Origin: Balanoglossus misakiensis
Lineage: Eukaryota > Animalia > Hemichordata
DNA: 64,000 bases
Direction: 5' to 3'
Assembly: GCA_040954595.2 (NCBI GenBank)
Contig: CM082579.2
Span: 4,956,879 to 5,020,878, forward strand
Below the pieces are notes generated by a model. That model did not search any database. It saw only the letters and a program-made list of their open reading frames with translations, and was not told where the DNA came from. Below are positions 35,421 through 46,609 of the stretch, piece after piece (within the stretch, counting starts at the first letter, position 1; each line of letters starts with the position of its first letter). A program made the translations under genes and the position numbers.

Positions 35421-35508
35421 GGAATCATGGGTACATGCTTATGTTTGAGGGCGCTGTAACTCTAGGGACGCTCTGGGGACACGGGGGTCAATCGGGGGTC
35501 AATCGAGG

Positions 35509-35819
35509 TATAGTTGCCTAAACACCTTATGTATTGGAGTTAACATACATAGCTTTTGGTAACAGTTATCGAGAAAGAAAAACATCGAAAAGGGGGTCAG
35601 AAAATAAAGCGGTCCCAGAAACGCCGCAAAATGTGTATGCCCACATGCAATCCATAGTAAAATCAAACATCGACGCAAATGACCGATTTCTGCACAAGTA
35701 TTATAGAACGTTCATTCTTGATATAGTTGCCTAACACCTTATATATTGGAGTTAACATACATAGCTTTTAGTAACAGCTATTGAGAAAGAAAAACGTCGA
35801 AAAAAAGGGTCAGAAAATA
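35509..35819. repeat. Two copies of an about 98-bp direct repeat (35509-35606 and 35722-35819)
   Basis: tatagttgccta(a)acaccttat(g/a)tattggagttaacatacatagctttt(g/a)gtaacag...gagaaagaaaaac(a/g)tcgaaa...ggtcagaaaata, present twice with 213-bp offset. Confidence 0.9.
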
Positions 35820-36144
35820 TACTGGCGAAGTGGCGTGAAGTTAGACTAATCGAAAAAGCGCCACCAGTGTACAAACTGTGAATATCTTTTTGTTTTGTAA
35901 AAAATATATGATTAGAGTAATCTGTTCTCATTTGCATTCTAGTGTACTGTAGTTTATGTCCAATGTTCCAGCAAAACATTTGATGAATATTGCTACAGAT
36001 ATAGATATAGATCTCAGGGAGAGTGTGATGGCATTATTGTATATTTAGAAATACGACAAATTTCGTGGTGAAAAAAATGGATTGAAGGGAACACTGCATT
36101 ATGGGAGCAGAAAAAGATGGTATTTTCATCGTGAGAAAAAAAGA

Positions 36145-36195
36145 TTGGTTGGTTGGTTGGTTGGTTGGTTGGTTGGTTGGTTGGTTGGTTGGTTG
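36145..36195. repeat. (TTGG)12 microsatellite
   Basis: Perfect ttgg run. Confidence 0.95.
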
Positions 36196-39100
36196 ACTTC
36201 AAACTCAAAGCTGATTCTCAAAGTGGTTGGAGGGACTGTGCGAAGGCGTTTGACGTCTAGACACAGGAGAACGTAAGCGTCCTTTGTTTATTGTCTTCGC
36301 GTCCCCTCAGTTGACCTCCGGCGTTGCGTTGCTATGACAGCTATTGTTGTCTTGGGACAGTGGCGTGTAAAATCAGTGCATCGCTTCGCAAGCAATGCCA
36401 TAAAGTTGTTTTCTGCTATTTGCATATCCTTTTGTCAGTCGTTGTGAACTCTGACCTCCTCACCTGCATTGCAGGGGCGAGTGGGTTCATTCAAGTTGGA
36501 CACTGGCCATTAGCAACCAACAGTCATGTAAATAGAAGGCTGGAAACTTGGACGCGCCTCTTGCCCATTCTTCGGCGGAAAGAAACTGCGCTGCCGTTCA
36601 ATTTGGAAGGCCGATCCTTCCAGAAGTCTTGTCAACTGAAAGGTGGGATACTACACTGTAAAATCTGACCACTTTCGATTTGTTGAAAGGGACTGTGCGG
36701 AGTTGAATTGCGACGGGGCGAGGGAGGCGAGCGAGCGTAATTCGCGCACGGTGCAGGTAAGTTGACCAATCTACGTGTCCCGAAATAGCAACGCAGAGCG
36801 GTAGTGAGTATCCGCTGGCAAACAATAAGATATAATGGATAAGTCAGGCAGTTGAACCGTGGACTGTGTGTTGGAATTATTGCTGCTACTGCGTCAACTG
36901 AAAAAAAATCTGGTTGGCAACAGTCTAGTCGAGACAACATATCACCCAATATGCTAAGAACCCTATATATTAGCGTAGTGTTGGTAATATTAGTGAAAAC
37001 TCTGAACCTGGTTTGGTGCGAAAGGTAAATGTAATATTTGACAATTTAATATATTGCTTGTTTTGTTAATCAACCGGTTGTTACCAGTGACCAAGGCTCA
37101 AAACGAACCGACCGGGTCGTTAAACCGTGGGAAACTGTCACGAAGGTATTAGGTCGACACTCGGGGTTAATACGTGCTGTCCGTCGAGCCCCCAAAAGCA
37201 ATCGAATTGCGTATCTTAAGACACAACTGCATTGTTATTTTGTGTGAAGCACAGTTCGCGGAGAGGCTGTAGTGCTAGATATTTTGTTTACGCGGTGAAG
37301 CTTCAAATAGTAACAAGAAAATTAAGAGGGTGTTATATTTTCAACCGCGGCGTACGCGAAGAGGTATCCGTAACGATGGCAACGACTGAAGCCGCACACT
37401 GCGTTTGGATGTTGGCCTTGCCTGCTAAACTTAGTTCATCAGAACGCGGGCCGGGGCGTCTTTCGTACATCCGTGTTCAGGGTCATTACAAAATGTAAAA
37501 GCAGAGTTGTGTTCGTGCAATTTACAGTAATGCGCATCACGACAAAGGATATTAATCTGAACAAAAGGAAGCTATATAGCCACACGGATCGCGATGGCCG
37601 CCATAAATTTTTACGACGAGGAATTGTCCTTGTCGCCAGTTCTGTCATGGAAATTATGCAACCAGAAACACTTTCGGCTGAATATCGGTATACGCCTCAC
37701 TTTTTGGGATGCACGGTGCGACTTAATAAAGTGAAACAATATTATCTCTTCTCATATTTTTTCAATGGAACTTATTGATCAACGAACCACTGCCAAACAT
37801 TCCCAACCCGTCTTGAGTAACTGTAACAAACCAACTTACAATAATCTTCACCAACGGTAAATATCTAGCTCGTAGTGAAACTTTTTACAGTATTTTTAAA
37901 TATGTGATATTCTACAAAACTTCATATTATTCTCTGTCTTTCCCTGTGTCTCCTCCCCCCTCTTGTTGCCCGCGATCGCATAGTTTCATGTTACACCACG
38001 TACTAGCAATTGAGAATTATTAATAATGACTACGATTAGACTAAGGAAATGAATGTACAACGAAATGATATACGATATTGATAGACTGCGAGTCGTGGTT
38101 TCTGTTATCGGGTGTATAGTTGATCAACCAAAAATAAGATCCAATAGTCAGCCTAGATTAACCTTACCAGAGACATACACGCAAAGGGTAGCCCGGGTGG
38201 AGCAACGCCCACACTTATAGGTTGGCAGGATTTAGATTAACGGTGTCAGTTATTTATGGAATGTCGAGTGCCTCCAATCCAGTTGGACCATGGCATTTCA
38301 ACGTACGTTTTCAAACTAAGAAAATATCGACATACCCTAGTAATGGGTAAAATCAGTTGCCTGGTATGTAACTGTAAAGCGGGAGAAATTCTAACATACA
38401 CCATTGTCGGGTATGTGGAATATCATAGACAAGGAAATTGATAATTTCGTTGCATATACATGTAGTATGTTTGTGAGCACCCCAGGAAATCATTCCAAGT
38501 ATCTGATGTCACTAATCGTCCGATAATTTACAAGACGACTGTACACGGGGAGTCGTGTACACGTAGGCCTCAGATGTATTAAGAGTATTCAGTGCCGGAG
38601 GCGTTATAAAATTGACGTCAAGTATTGTACTGTTACTGTTAGCACCAATTTGTCATTCACCTTGACCTGCCAGGTATTTTACCGACGCGACTATCGCGGA
38701 TAATCATCATGGTTGCAGTAAATGCAAGACGCTTTGGTTTTTATTGTTTTCGAAATGGTGAAAGTAAATTAGTGTGGAGTAAAATGGCTTTAGTGGTCAA
38801 GCGTAACGCTAACACCTTGTCGTGACGTTCAGAAGAAATTCCATCGTCAGTCTTAAATTTGACCAGTCCACTTATGTAAATCCTCATTTGATGACTGCAG
38901 GGATTTACTCACTGTATTTTAATTCCCCGTAAACCTCTGGCTGTTTCTTTTCAGCGTCGAGAAAGCAGCTTTCGCGCAATACACTGGTGTAATGCGGCCA
39001 ATATATACTCAGTCACATGTTTACAGGTGACGTCAATTGTTTTTGGCAGTGAGGCGTGTTGTATCGCCAGGCCCGCATTCTTTGTATAGGTTAACGCTCA

Positions 39101-39700
39101 CGAATTTGCACAGCATATATAGGCTCATTGCCACAAGGACTGGTTCGAAGGCCAGAAGGATACAGAAGCAGCATTGTGCCACTGCAGAAAGTGGCGACCC
39201 GGGACGTGTGCTGACACGCGCGGGTCATTCACCATATCAACACAGGACATTCACAGAGTCACACGGTCCAGCTCTGAGTTGTGTGTCTTGATCAGTGAGA
39301 TCCCAGTGAGATCGCTCTCATGGCGTTATATTATTTGAACTACATAAGCTTTTTACTCAGGTATTGGTCCTCTAGGTTAAAAATTCCGGTCATCCCGTGC
39401 CTTTTAACATACAAGCAAAGTGCGTATAGAAATCACGGACGACGCTTCCCAGTTCTATAGTAGGAAAGTGAGATATCTCCCGGGAGCGTCCGCCGGGAAA
39501 TCGTAAATTAGGTCGTATAATTAGTCACGGGAACATAAAGGTAGATTAATTGTCACTAAATCTTGCGTAACAAGATATAGTTGTAAAAGAGATACGCAAT
39601 CGTTGTCCAAGTAATCCTCCGGATAGTAATTCTAGTATCAACTGTAATGAGTTTTTCTTGCGATAAAATACAGATTTTGTACACCGCGTGTGCGACGTTT

Positions 39701-39764
39701 ATTCATTCATTCATTCACCCACTCACTCACTCACTCACTCATTCATTCATTCATTCATTCATTC
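39701..39764. repeat. Compound (ATTC)n/(ACTC)n microsatellite
   Basis: attcattcattc...actcactcactc...attcattcattc. Confidence 0.9.
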
Positions 39765-40690
39765 AATGTGTACATGTGTGGTCGATCAAAACCTGTCGGC
39801 GTTATCGTACTTCAGAAACTCAGACCATGGACTCTCCTAAATTCTACGCTAATTTAATTTAGTAAATATAATTGAATATAGCAACAACGTCAAACTCAGA
39901 CCATCTTGGTCTTCTCTGCCAGGGTCACGCTGGCGACATGCATCGGTACGGAATGGTCACTGCAGTGCCTACTCGAAGGGCCATGTTTGATTTGCGTACA
40001 CTCGGAGCTATCAATCACATTTATTTGATAGCGCAACCTGGTTACGATCGATTGGCATAAAAAATAAACACACGTGTGGCCAACAGAACTCAGTCAAGGG
40101 TTGGGTGTGTCAGCCAACAATGGACTCCAGCGTTATATTATATGACATCAACTAGGTTTTGCAGCAGTTCTCGAATATGGATAAACTAGATATAGGGTCA
40201 TCTCCCAGATTCGGGAACAGGCCGACATTCGAAGCTACAAAATACCGCGTTGTTGCCAGTGTCAATAAAGATGAATGTTAGCGAACAGAGGAGATCGCCA
40301 ATTGTCCTAGAAGCAAACAGCTTAGCTTTTGGGGGTGATCCAGTAGCTATGCCGAGTAAACACCCGAGCTTTGTAACCGGACAATAATGGATCCATCTGC
40401 ACGTAACAGTTGTTTAGTTTGTTACGATAATTGTACACACCATGACAAGGGAGTGTTGGAATCTGTACATTTTATTCTGCCTGATCCAAAACCCGGAATT
40501 TTAAGCTTTTTTCCAGCTTCTATTTTTATAAAAAGACAATTTGAAGGCACAGGGCAACAATAACCACTGATTGCAATTAAAATAATAACTTTGATAATAC
40601 AAACATGATGCAACAACTCGTACATGTATTCTAAACGCCAGGTTGAAAAGACTTTGCTTTTTCTTCTTTCAGGATAGCAGCGACACCAAT

Positions 40691-43600
40691 ATGGCGTCAA
40701 AGCAAGTCAACTTCCAAAGCGCCAAGGAGGCGGTCATAATCAATGATGCCATAGATGACGTCATGGCGTATAACAACGACGTGGAGGACGATTACTTCGA
40801 TGATGATGGCGATTCTTCCCCGGATGAAGACGAGCAAGTCTTCAAGAAATCCCACGACAGTCACGGACACTTGACATTCAGCATGAAGGACGAGTTCATA
40901 GAAGACGTCAGGTTGCCGGTAGAGCACCTGAACGAGTCCTTCCGCGAATCCAGACCGGCGTCGGCCAACATCCACGGGCGGGGAGGCGGCAAGGCCGACA
41001 CGGAGTCCGAGGGCGCCGGTCGTTTCAAGCACCCATCGCTGTCAGACTCGGAAACTTTTCGATTCTACTCGGGGACAGGGGGCGTGAGCAGAAATTCATT
41101 GACGCCGTCGACATGGAAAACGAGAAAGAGGAGTGGTCTATCAGGTACATGTACTTTGTAATACAATATTCATTTTCTGTAACCTATCATTTTTTTAATA
41201 TTTGCCTTACATGCGAGACTTAATATTTTTTTCCTTACTTGACTACTGGCGATAATGAATGTACATTTGTCGAGAATGCCACATTTACCATGCAATTATA
41301 ACCGGGAATGTTTCTACTTATTTTGAAACAGGTGCCAGCGACAGAGACACACGAAAACTTCCCCTGTGGGACATGGAAAGAAACCTGGCAGATGAACTGA
41401 ACAACATCTCCGAGACCGACGACTTGGAGGCGGAAGCTCGTCTCTTGACATCGCTTGGCAGGGTGTACCTGGAGAGGGCAAAGTTGACGTGCAACGGGGG
41501 AGACTTCATGAAGGCCTCCGCCCTGTACAACGCCGCTTTGAACAGAAACGCGAAACTCAACAACTCCAGTCAGATGGAGAGTTCGATTGAACGTGTGAAA
41601 GACGTTGAGACGTCTCTGTTGAAGATGCTCTTCGGACACGTCGGTTCTGAGATGGTGTGTGATTATGACACGGACAAAGGTTTGAAGGCGATGCTGGAGA
41701 GAATGAGGAAAGACTGCATGAAGGAACTGGCGGAGATTGACAAGAACTGCGACCCCGAAGTGAGCAGCGGAAACGCGGACTGGGCCGAGAGAATTACCAT
41801 CAAGCGCGCTCACGCCATCCGCGGGGTCTATCACAATTTCGCTGATCGGCTGAAGAGGTTCCTCGGTCTTCTGCTAGACGAGTGCGGACGGGCTCTGGGG
41901 GAGGCGCCGTGCGGGTTCGCCGTCGTCGCGCTCGGGGCGCTGGCGAGGGAGGAGATAACACCGTACTCGCCGGTGCAGATCGCCGTATTGATCGACGGGG
42001 ACAGCGACTCTTCGGACAACAAGGAGTTTGCTCTGAGCTTGCTCCACCTGCTGCATTTGAAAATCATCCACATGGGGGAGACGCCCGTGCACCGGATGGC
42101 GATCAAATCGCTGAACGACCGCGCGGACCTGACCTCCAACTGGTTCTACGACTCGGTGACCGAGACCGGACTCGCAATCCAGTACGACTTTCCGGCCGCG
42201 GACGCAAAGCCTAAGCGGCGGGAAGTAGCCGGTTCCCGCTGTGAACTCATCATGACGCCCAAAGAGATGGTCGCCCTGGTGGCCGAGGCGTCAAACACCG
42301 ACAGAGGGCGTTCTCTGGCTGAAATGCTATTGGCCAGTAGTTACCTATCCGGGGATCAGTCATTGGTCGAAACTTACAAAAGTAAGTTGAAGAAAGTGAT
42401 CAGCGGGCCAAGGCTGAGGGGAATCCGACAGCTCACTCCCGGGCCGCGGGGTATTCGATTCGAGCAGAAGACGGTGGGCAAAGATCTCGCCAAGAAAGTG
42501 GCGGCCCCGGTCCTGAGTTCTTTCGCCAACAGGAAACCGAACAACGGCCCCGGAAAGAGCGAGATCGACATCAAAACCGAAATGTGCAATTTCACGAGCT
42601 CCGTCATGACGTCGATGACGCAGTTCTTCGGGCTGTCGTCGCAGACGCCGTGGGACGTGATCGACGAGCTGCAGGGCCGGAAGATTCTCGACAACGAAGG
42701 AGCCAACAACCTGCGCGTCGCCACGAGCGCAGCCTTCGAACTGCAGATGCAGATGTCCCTGCAAGGTCGCGGACAGGTCCCGAAGAGACCGTCTTCGCGG
42801 TACCTCCGACACATCGGGAAACGACCGACCCGGGAGACCCGCAGCATCAAGGACGACGTTCTGTATCGGTTTTACTTCACCATGTTACCCCTGTGCGAAG
42901 TGCTCTCCGAGTCCTTGCTGTACAGTGACGGCATCGCCAACGAACACATGTTTTCCGGAAGGAATTTCTATGACGACCACATAAGTAACAGGTTGCACGT
43001 TCATTTCATTCTGCAGCGGCACGAGAAAATCGAAAATATGCTCAAGTACAGGATAAAGGAGGACGCCACTGATCACGGTGCGCTTTTGGACTTTGTGTCG
43101 GAAACTATGCAGTCCAAGGAATACCGAACCAGCGGCATGGTGGTCGGCGGCAGCGAGACGAGCAGGGACGATTCGAAGAGTCCGGCGAAGATATTCGAAC
43201 CACCGACGTCCATCCCCGCCCTGCAGCTGCAGAGCATCGCCAACGTCTGGCGGAAGAGGGAAATCAACGAAGGCCAGAAGGCGACCGTGGTGAGAGGGTC
43301 GACGCTGTCCCCGATCGAACAGTTGGGCGACGACGCCAAGACGCAAGACGGCCTGCTGGAGCTTTTGTCGTACACGGACAAGCTTCTGCGGGCGCACTTG
43401 GCCCAAAGGGACGAAGACCTGGACGAATCTCTCCCGGGTGACGTCACCAACGCCATGGCCCACCTGGCCCTCCTTTATCACCACCTCGGGAAGGCAAAGT
43501 TGGCGCTCACCTGGTTCGGCAACGCCCTCATGGTCTGGAAGTCCGACTACGGGGAAAAGAGCGCAAGTTCAGATATCGCCTACGTGTACGATAAAATCGG

Positions 43601-45563
43601 CCTGGTGTACGAAAGCATGGGAGAGAACGAAAAGGCGTTGAATTACTTAAACCAGGCTCTAAAGATGTACCGCCAACTTCACGGAGAAGACGCCAAGTGT
43701 ATAGATGTGGCGTCGGTCATGGAAGACATCGGGTGCGTGTACGCGTCAATGGGAGACAGCAGCAAGAAAGCCCTCGCCTACTACATCCAGGCCATGAACA
43801 TGTACCGCGAGATATACGGGCAAAACGCGGCCCACCTGCGGATCGCTTCCTCGCTCAACAACGCCGCGAACGCGTGGAACGTAGCGGGCCATCCCTTGAA
43901 AGCCGTCCACTTGCACAGGAAAGCGCTGGCGATGAAGAAGACCATCTACAGCGGAAGCACGCCGCACCCGGACATCGCCGCGTCCCTTCACAACATGGGC
44001 ATCGCTCTGGAGGACGTCGGCGATCTCGACAAGGCCTTCGACCACTACAACCAGTCTTTCCACATGAAGAACATGTACTACGGCTCGAACACCCCGCACC
44101 CGCACATCGCCGAGTCGCTGTGCAACATGGGCAACGTGAAGGCGGCGATGGGCGGGTACGAGCTGGCAAACGGGTACCTGAGCCAGGCGATGACGATGTA
44201 CAAGATGCTTTACGGCGACGGGGCGTCGCACCCGAGCATCGCGTCCTGCCTTCACAGCATGGGGAACGTCCAGGAGTTTTCCGGGAACTGCGAACCGGCC
44301 ATCGGCTACTACGAACAGGCGCTGCTGATGAAACGGGAGTGCTACAAGCGGCACCTGAGTCACCCTGACATTGGCGTGACCTTGAATAGCCTCGGCAAAG
44401 CCTGGGATTCCCTGAGCGAGTACGAGAAGGCCATCGAGTACTTCTTGGAAGCGTTGGAAGTCTACAGGTTGTCGTACGGCGAAGATTCCACCCATCCCGA
44501 CCTGGCGACAACCTACAACAACCTGGGCAGCACGTACACGTGTCTGGGGGAGTACCGAAAAGCAGTGGGTTACTACGAGCAGGCTCTCGGGATCAGAAAG
44601 CGTCTCCACGGCGACGACGCGCCCAACGCCGACCTGGCCCTGTCCAACGTGAACGTCGGCAACATGTGGGACGCCCTCGGCGAGCACAACATGGCGATCG
44701 GCTTCCACGACGCCGCCTTGAACATCTACAAGAACATCTACCGCGAGGAGGACGCCCACCACGACATCGCCGCCGCGCTGACGAATCTTGGGAACAGTTG
44801 GGGGTCGCTGGAGGACCACGGCAAAGCCGTGTCCTACCACCAGATGGCCCTGAACATGTACATGCAGCTGTACGGCGACGACGACGCGAACACCGACATC
44901 GCTAACGCCCTGGGTAACCTTGGAAACGACTATGCATCCATGGACAACTACGAGAAGGCAATCGAGTACCACACGCAGTCGCTGGAGATTTTGAAGAAGT
45001 GTTACCAAGACGACAGCGCTAACCTGGACATAGCGTCGACTCTGAATAACATTGGAAACGCTTGGGACTCGTACGGCGATTACCAGAAAGCCATGGAGTT
45101 CCACCAGCAGGCACTGCAACTATACAAAGACATCCACGGCGACATCGACAACCTCGACATAGCTGCATCACTCGGTAACCTAGGCAACGTAGCCGAAGCG
45201 TTGGGCGATATACCGTCGGCCATCAGTTACCAAGAGCAGGCGCTGGAAATGTACCGCAAAGTCTACGGAGAGGGCTGCCGTCACGCCGACATCGCCTCGG
45301 CTCTTTACAACGTCGGCTCGGCGTACGACGAGGCCGGAGATTTCCGGCAGGCCCTGCCTTTCTACGAGCAGGCGCTGGCGATGGGGCGGGAAGTCTTTGG
45401 AGCGAAGTCCGAACACCCGCTGATATTGAGCGCCTTACACAGTCTGGGACTTGTTTGGGAGAACCTGGGCGAGCCGGACAAAGCGAAAGATTTTTTCGAG
45501 GAGGCCTACGTGAGGGAAGATGACGGCGGCGACAGTAGCGATGACGATTCGGACTCGTCGTAG
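40691..45563 (+). CDS. GlnD/DUF294-like nucleotidyltransferase-fold + TPR-repeat protein, 1561 aa, join(40691..41144,41332..45563); probably catalytically dead
   Basis: Acceptor ttcttctttcAG| at 40672 and AATATGG start at 40691. Donor CAG|GTACAT at 41144 and acceptor AACAG| at 41331 join in phase 1 into the 1434-aa ORF. Motifs PCGFAVVALGALAREEITPYS, LHLKIIHMGET, IKSLND..WFYDSVT, ELIMTPKEM, DIKTE..TPWDVIDEL..ILDNEGANNL. Sixteen about 44-aa TPR units in 43443-45510. Confidence 0.92.
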
Positions 45564-46596
45564 AAACAAAATTCGCCCATCCGCGGCAAGATGCCACCTG
45601 TCCAAAGCAACGCCGTTCTACCACCACCAGTTCCGATTCCGATCAATGCAGTTCATGCTGATCACAGAAAGTCCCTGGTCATTTTTGTAAGAACTGTATG
45701 ACTGTACGCGAACCTTTGTATAATTTTGGTGATGTTTGTGACGATGCAGTCGTACTGGGGAGGGGTGCGACATTATTCAAACTCAACCAGCTCCGCGAAC
45801 CGCCAGGTTTGTGTGTGTGCGACATTCCGATCGCTAAACGGGTGCGAGTTTTCGAGAACTTAGTCTCGTCCGTCCCGCTTGCTTTTACGTAAATTGAAAT
45901 AGAACAGGGCTTTCATTTTTTTAATGTTGACTTTAAACTAGTTTTGATTTGTATAGTTAAATTAACTTTATCATTTACAATAATTTATTACTAAACTGGA
46001 GATGTCCACTGCTATAATCGTGTGTCTCTGTGGAAGATTGGCAAAATACTGGGGAAGGGAAACGATGTTCATCCTAATTTTTACAGCGTAGATAGAATGT
46101 AAAGAAATTAGAATGTATTCACAGAATTAAGGCAAACTGAAAACCCAATACTGGTGGCTATAGTCTGCCATGTACATATTTAGCACAGTTTTATGGGTTT
46201 ACAATGTATATATGTATATGTAATATGTGCATATTTGTTCATTTTGAAATTCTTAAAATTAAAGGCCAATTTATAGCATTGTGGTAGAGTCTGTTGCTGC
46301 CGTATTTTAACCGACACTGAAAATAACAATTTAGACTTTTTGTGTGTAGTACAGCCTCTCAAAGGCGTCGGAATCAGATTCCGGTAAACAATCAAAATTT
46401 TGTTTCGGGTGTTCTTGCCAGCCAGTAAAGTGTTGGGTCCGAATTTGACCAGTATACCCTATGGAATAGTTATTGTTAAACAATTTTGCTATTTTCGTGG
46501 TGATGGGTTGACTGTTGTACTCTATACGTTGCCGTTGTATAAGTCTTTGTGAGTTGTGTAGCTTTCACAGCATATTCAAAAGAAGAGACTTCGATT

Positions 46597-46609
46597 AATA
46601 AAAAATAAA
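46597..46609 (+). terminator. Tandem polyadenylation signals of the NTase-TPR gene
   Basis: AATAAA at 46597 and 46604, followed by U/GU-rich tgtctttagttattctgtttt; implies an about 1-kb 3' UTR. Confidence 0.65.

Noticed and set aside
36300-40600. Short ORFs between HERC2 and the NTase-TPR gene as separate genes
   Set aside because: No recognisable motifs or coherent exon chain; lengths are compatible with chance.
41259-41331. Start of the 1434-aa ORF as the true N-terminus
   Set aside because: These codons are intronic; a phase-matched splice from 41144 to 41332 adds a 151-aa upstream exon.
43697-45119. Long overlapping ORFs (457 aa minus, 218 aa minus, 223 aa plus)
   Set aside because: These are shadow frames expected from GC3-rich TPR coding sequence; no domain-like content.
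43443-45510. CRISPR-like or satellite periodicity
   Set aside because: The 132-nt period is protein-level TPR repetition, with no identical repeats or spacers, in a eukaryotic context.
41332-45563. Bacterial contamination or very recent horizontal insert (high GC, one long exon)
   Set aside because: The gene has GT-AG introns, an AT-rich 3' UTR with AATAAA and continuous animal flanks. An ancient transfer of the family is not excluded.
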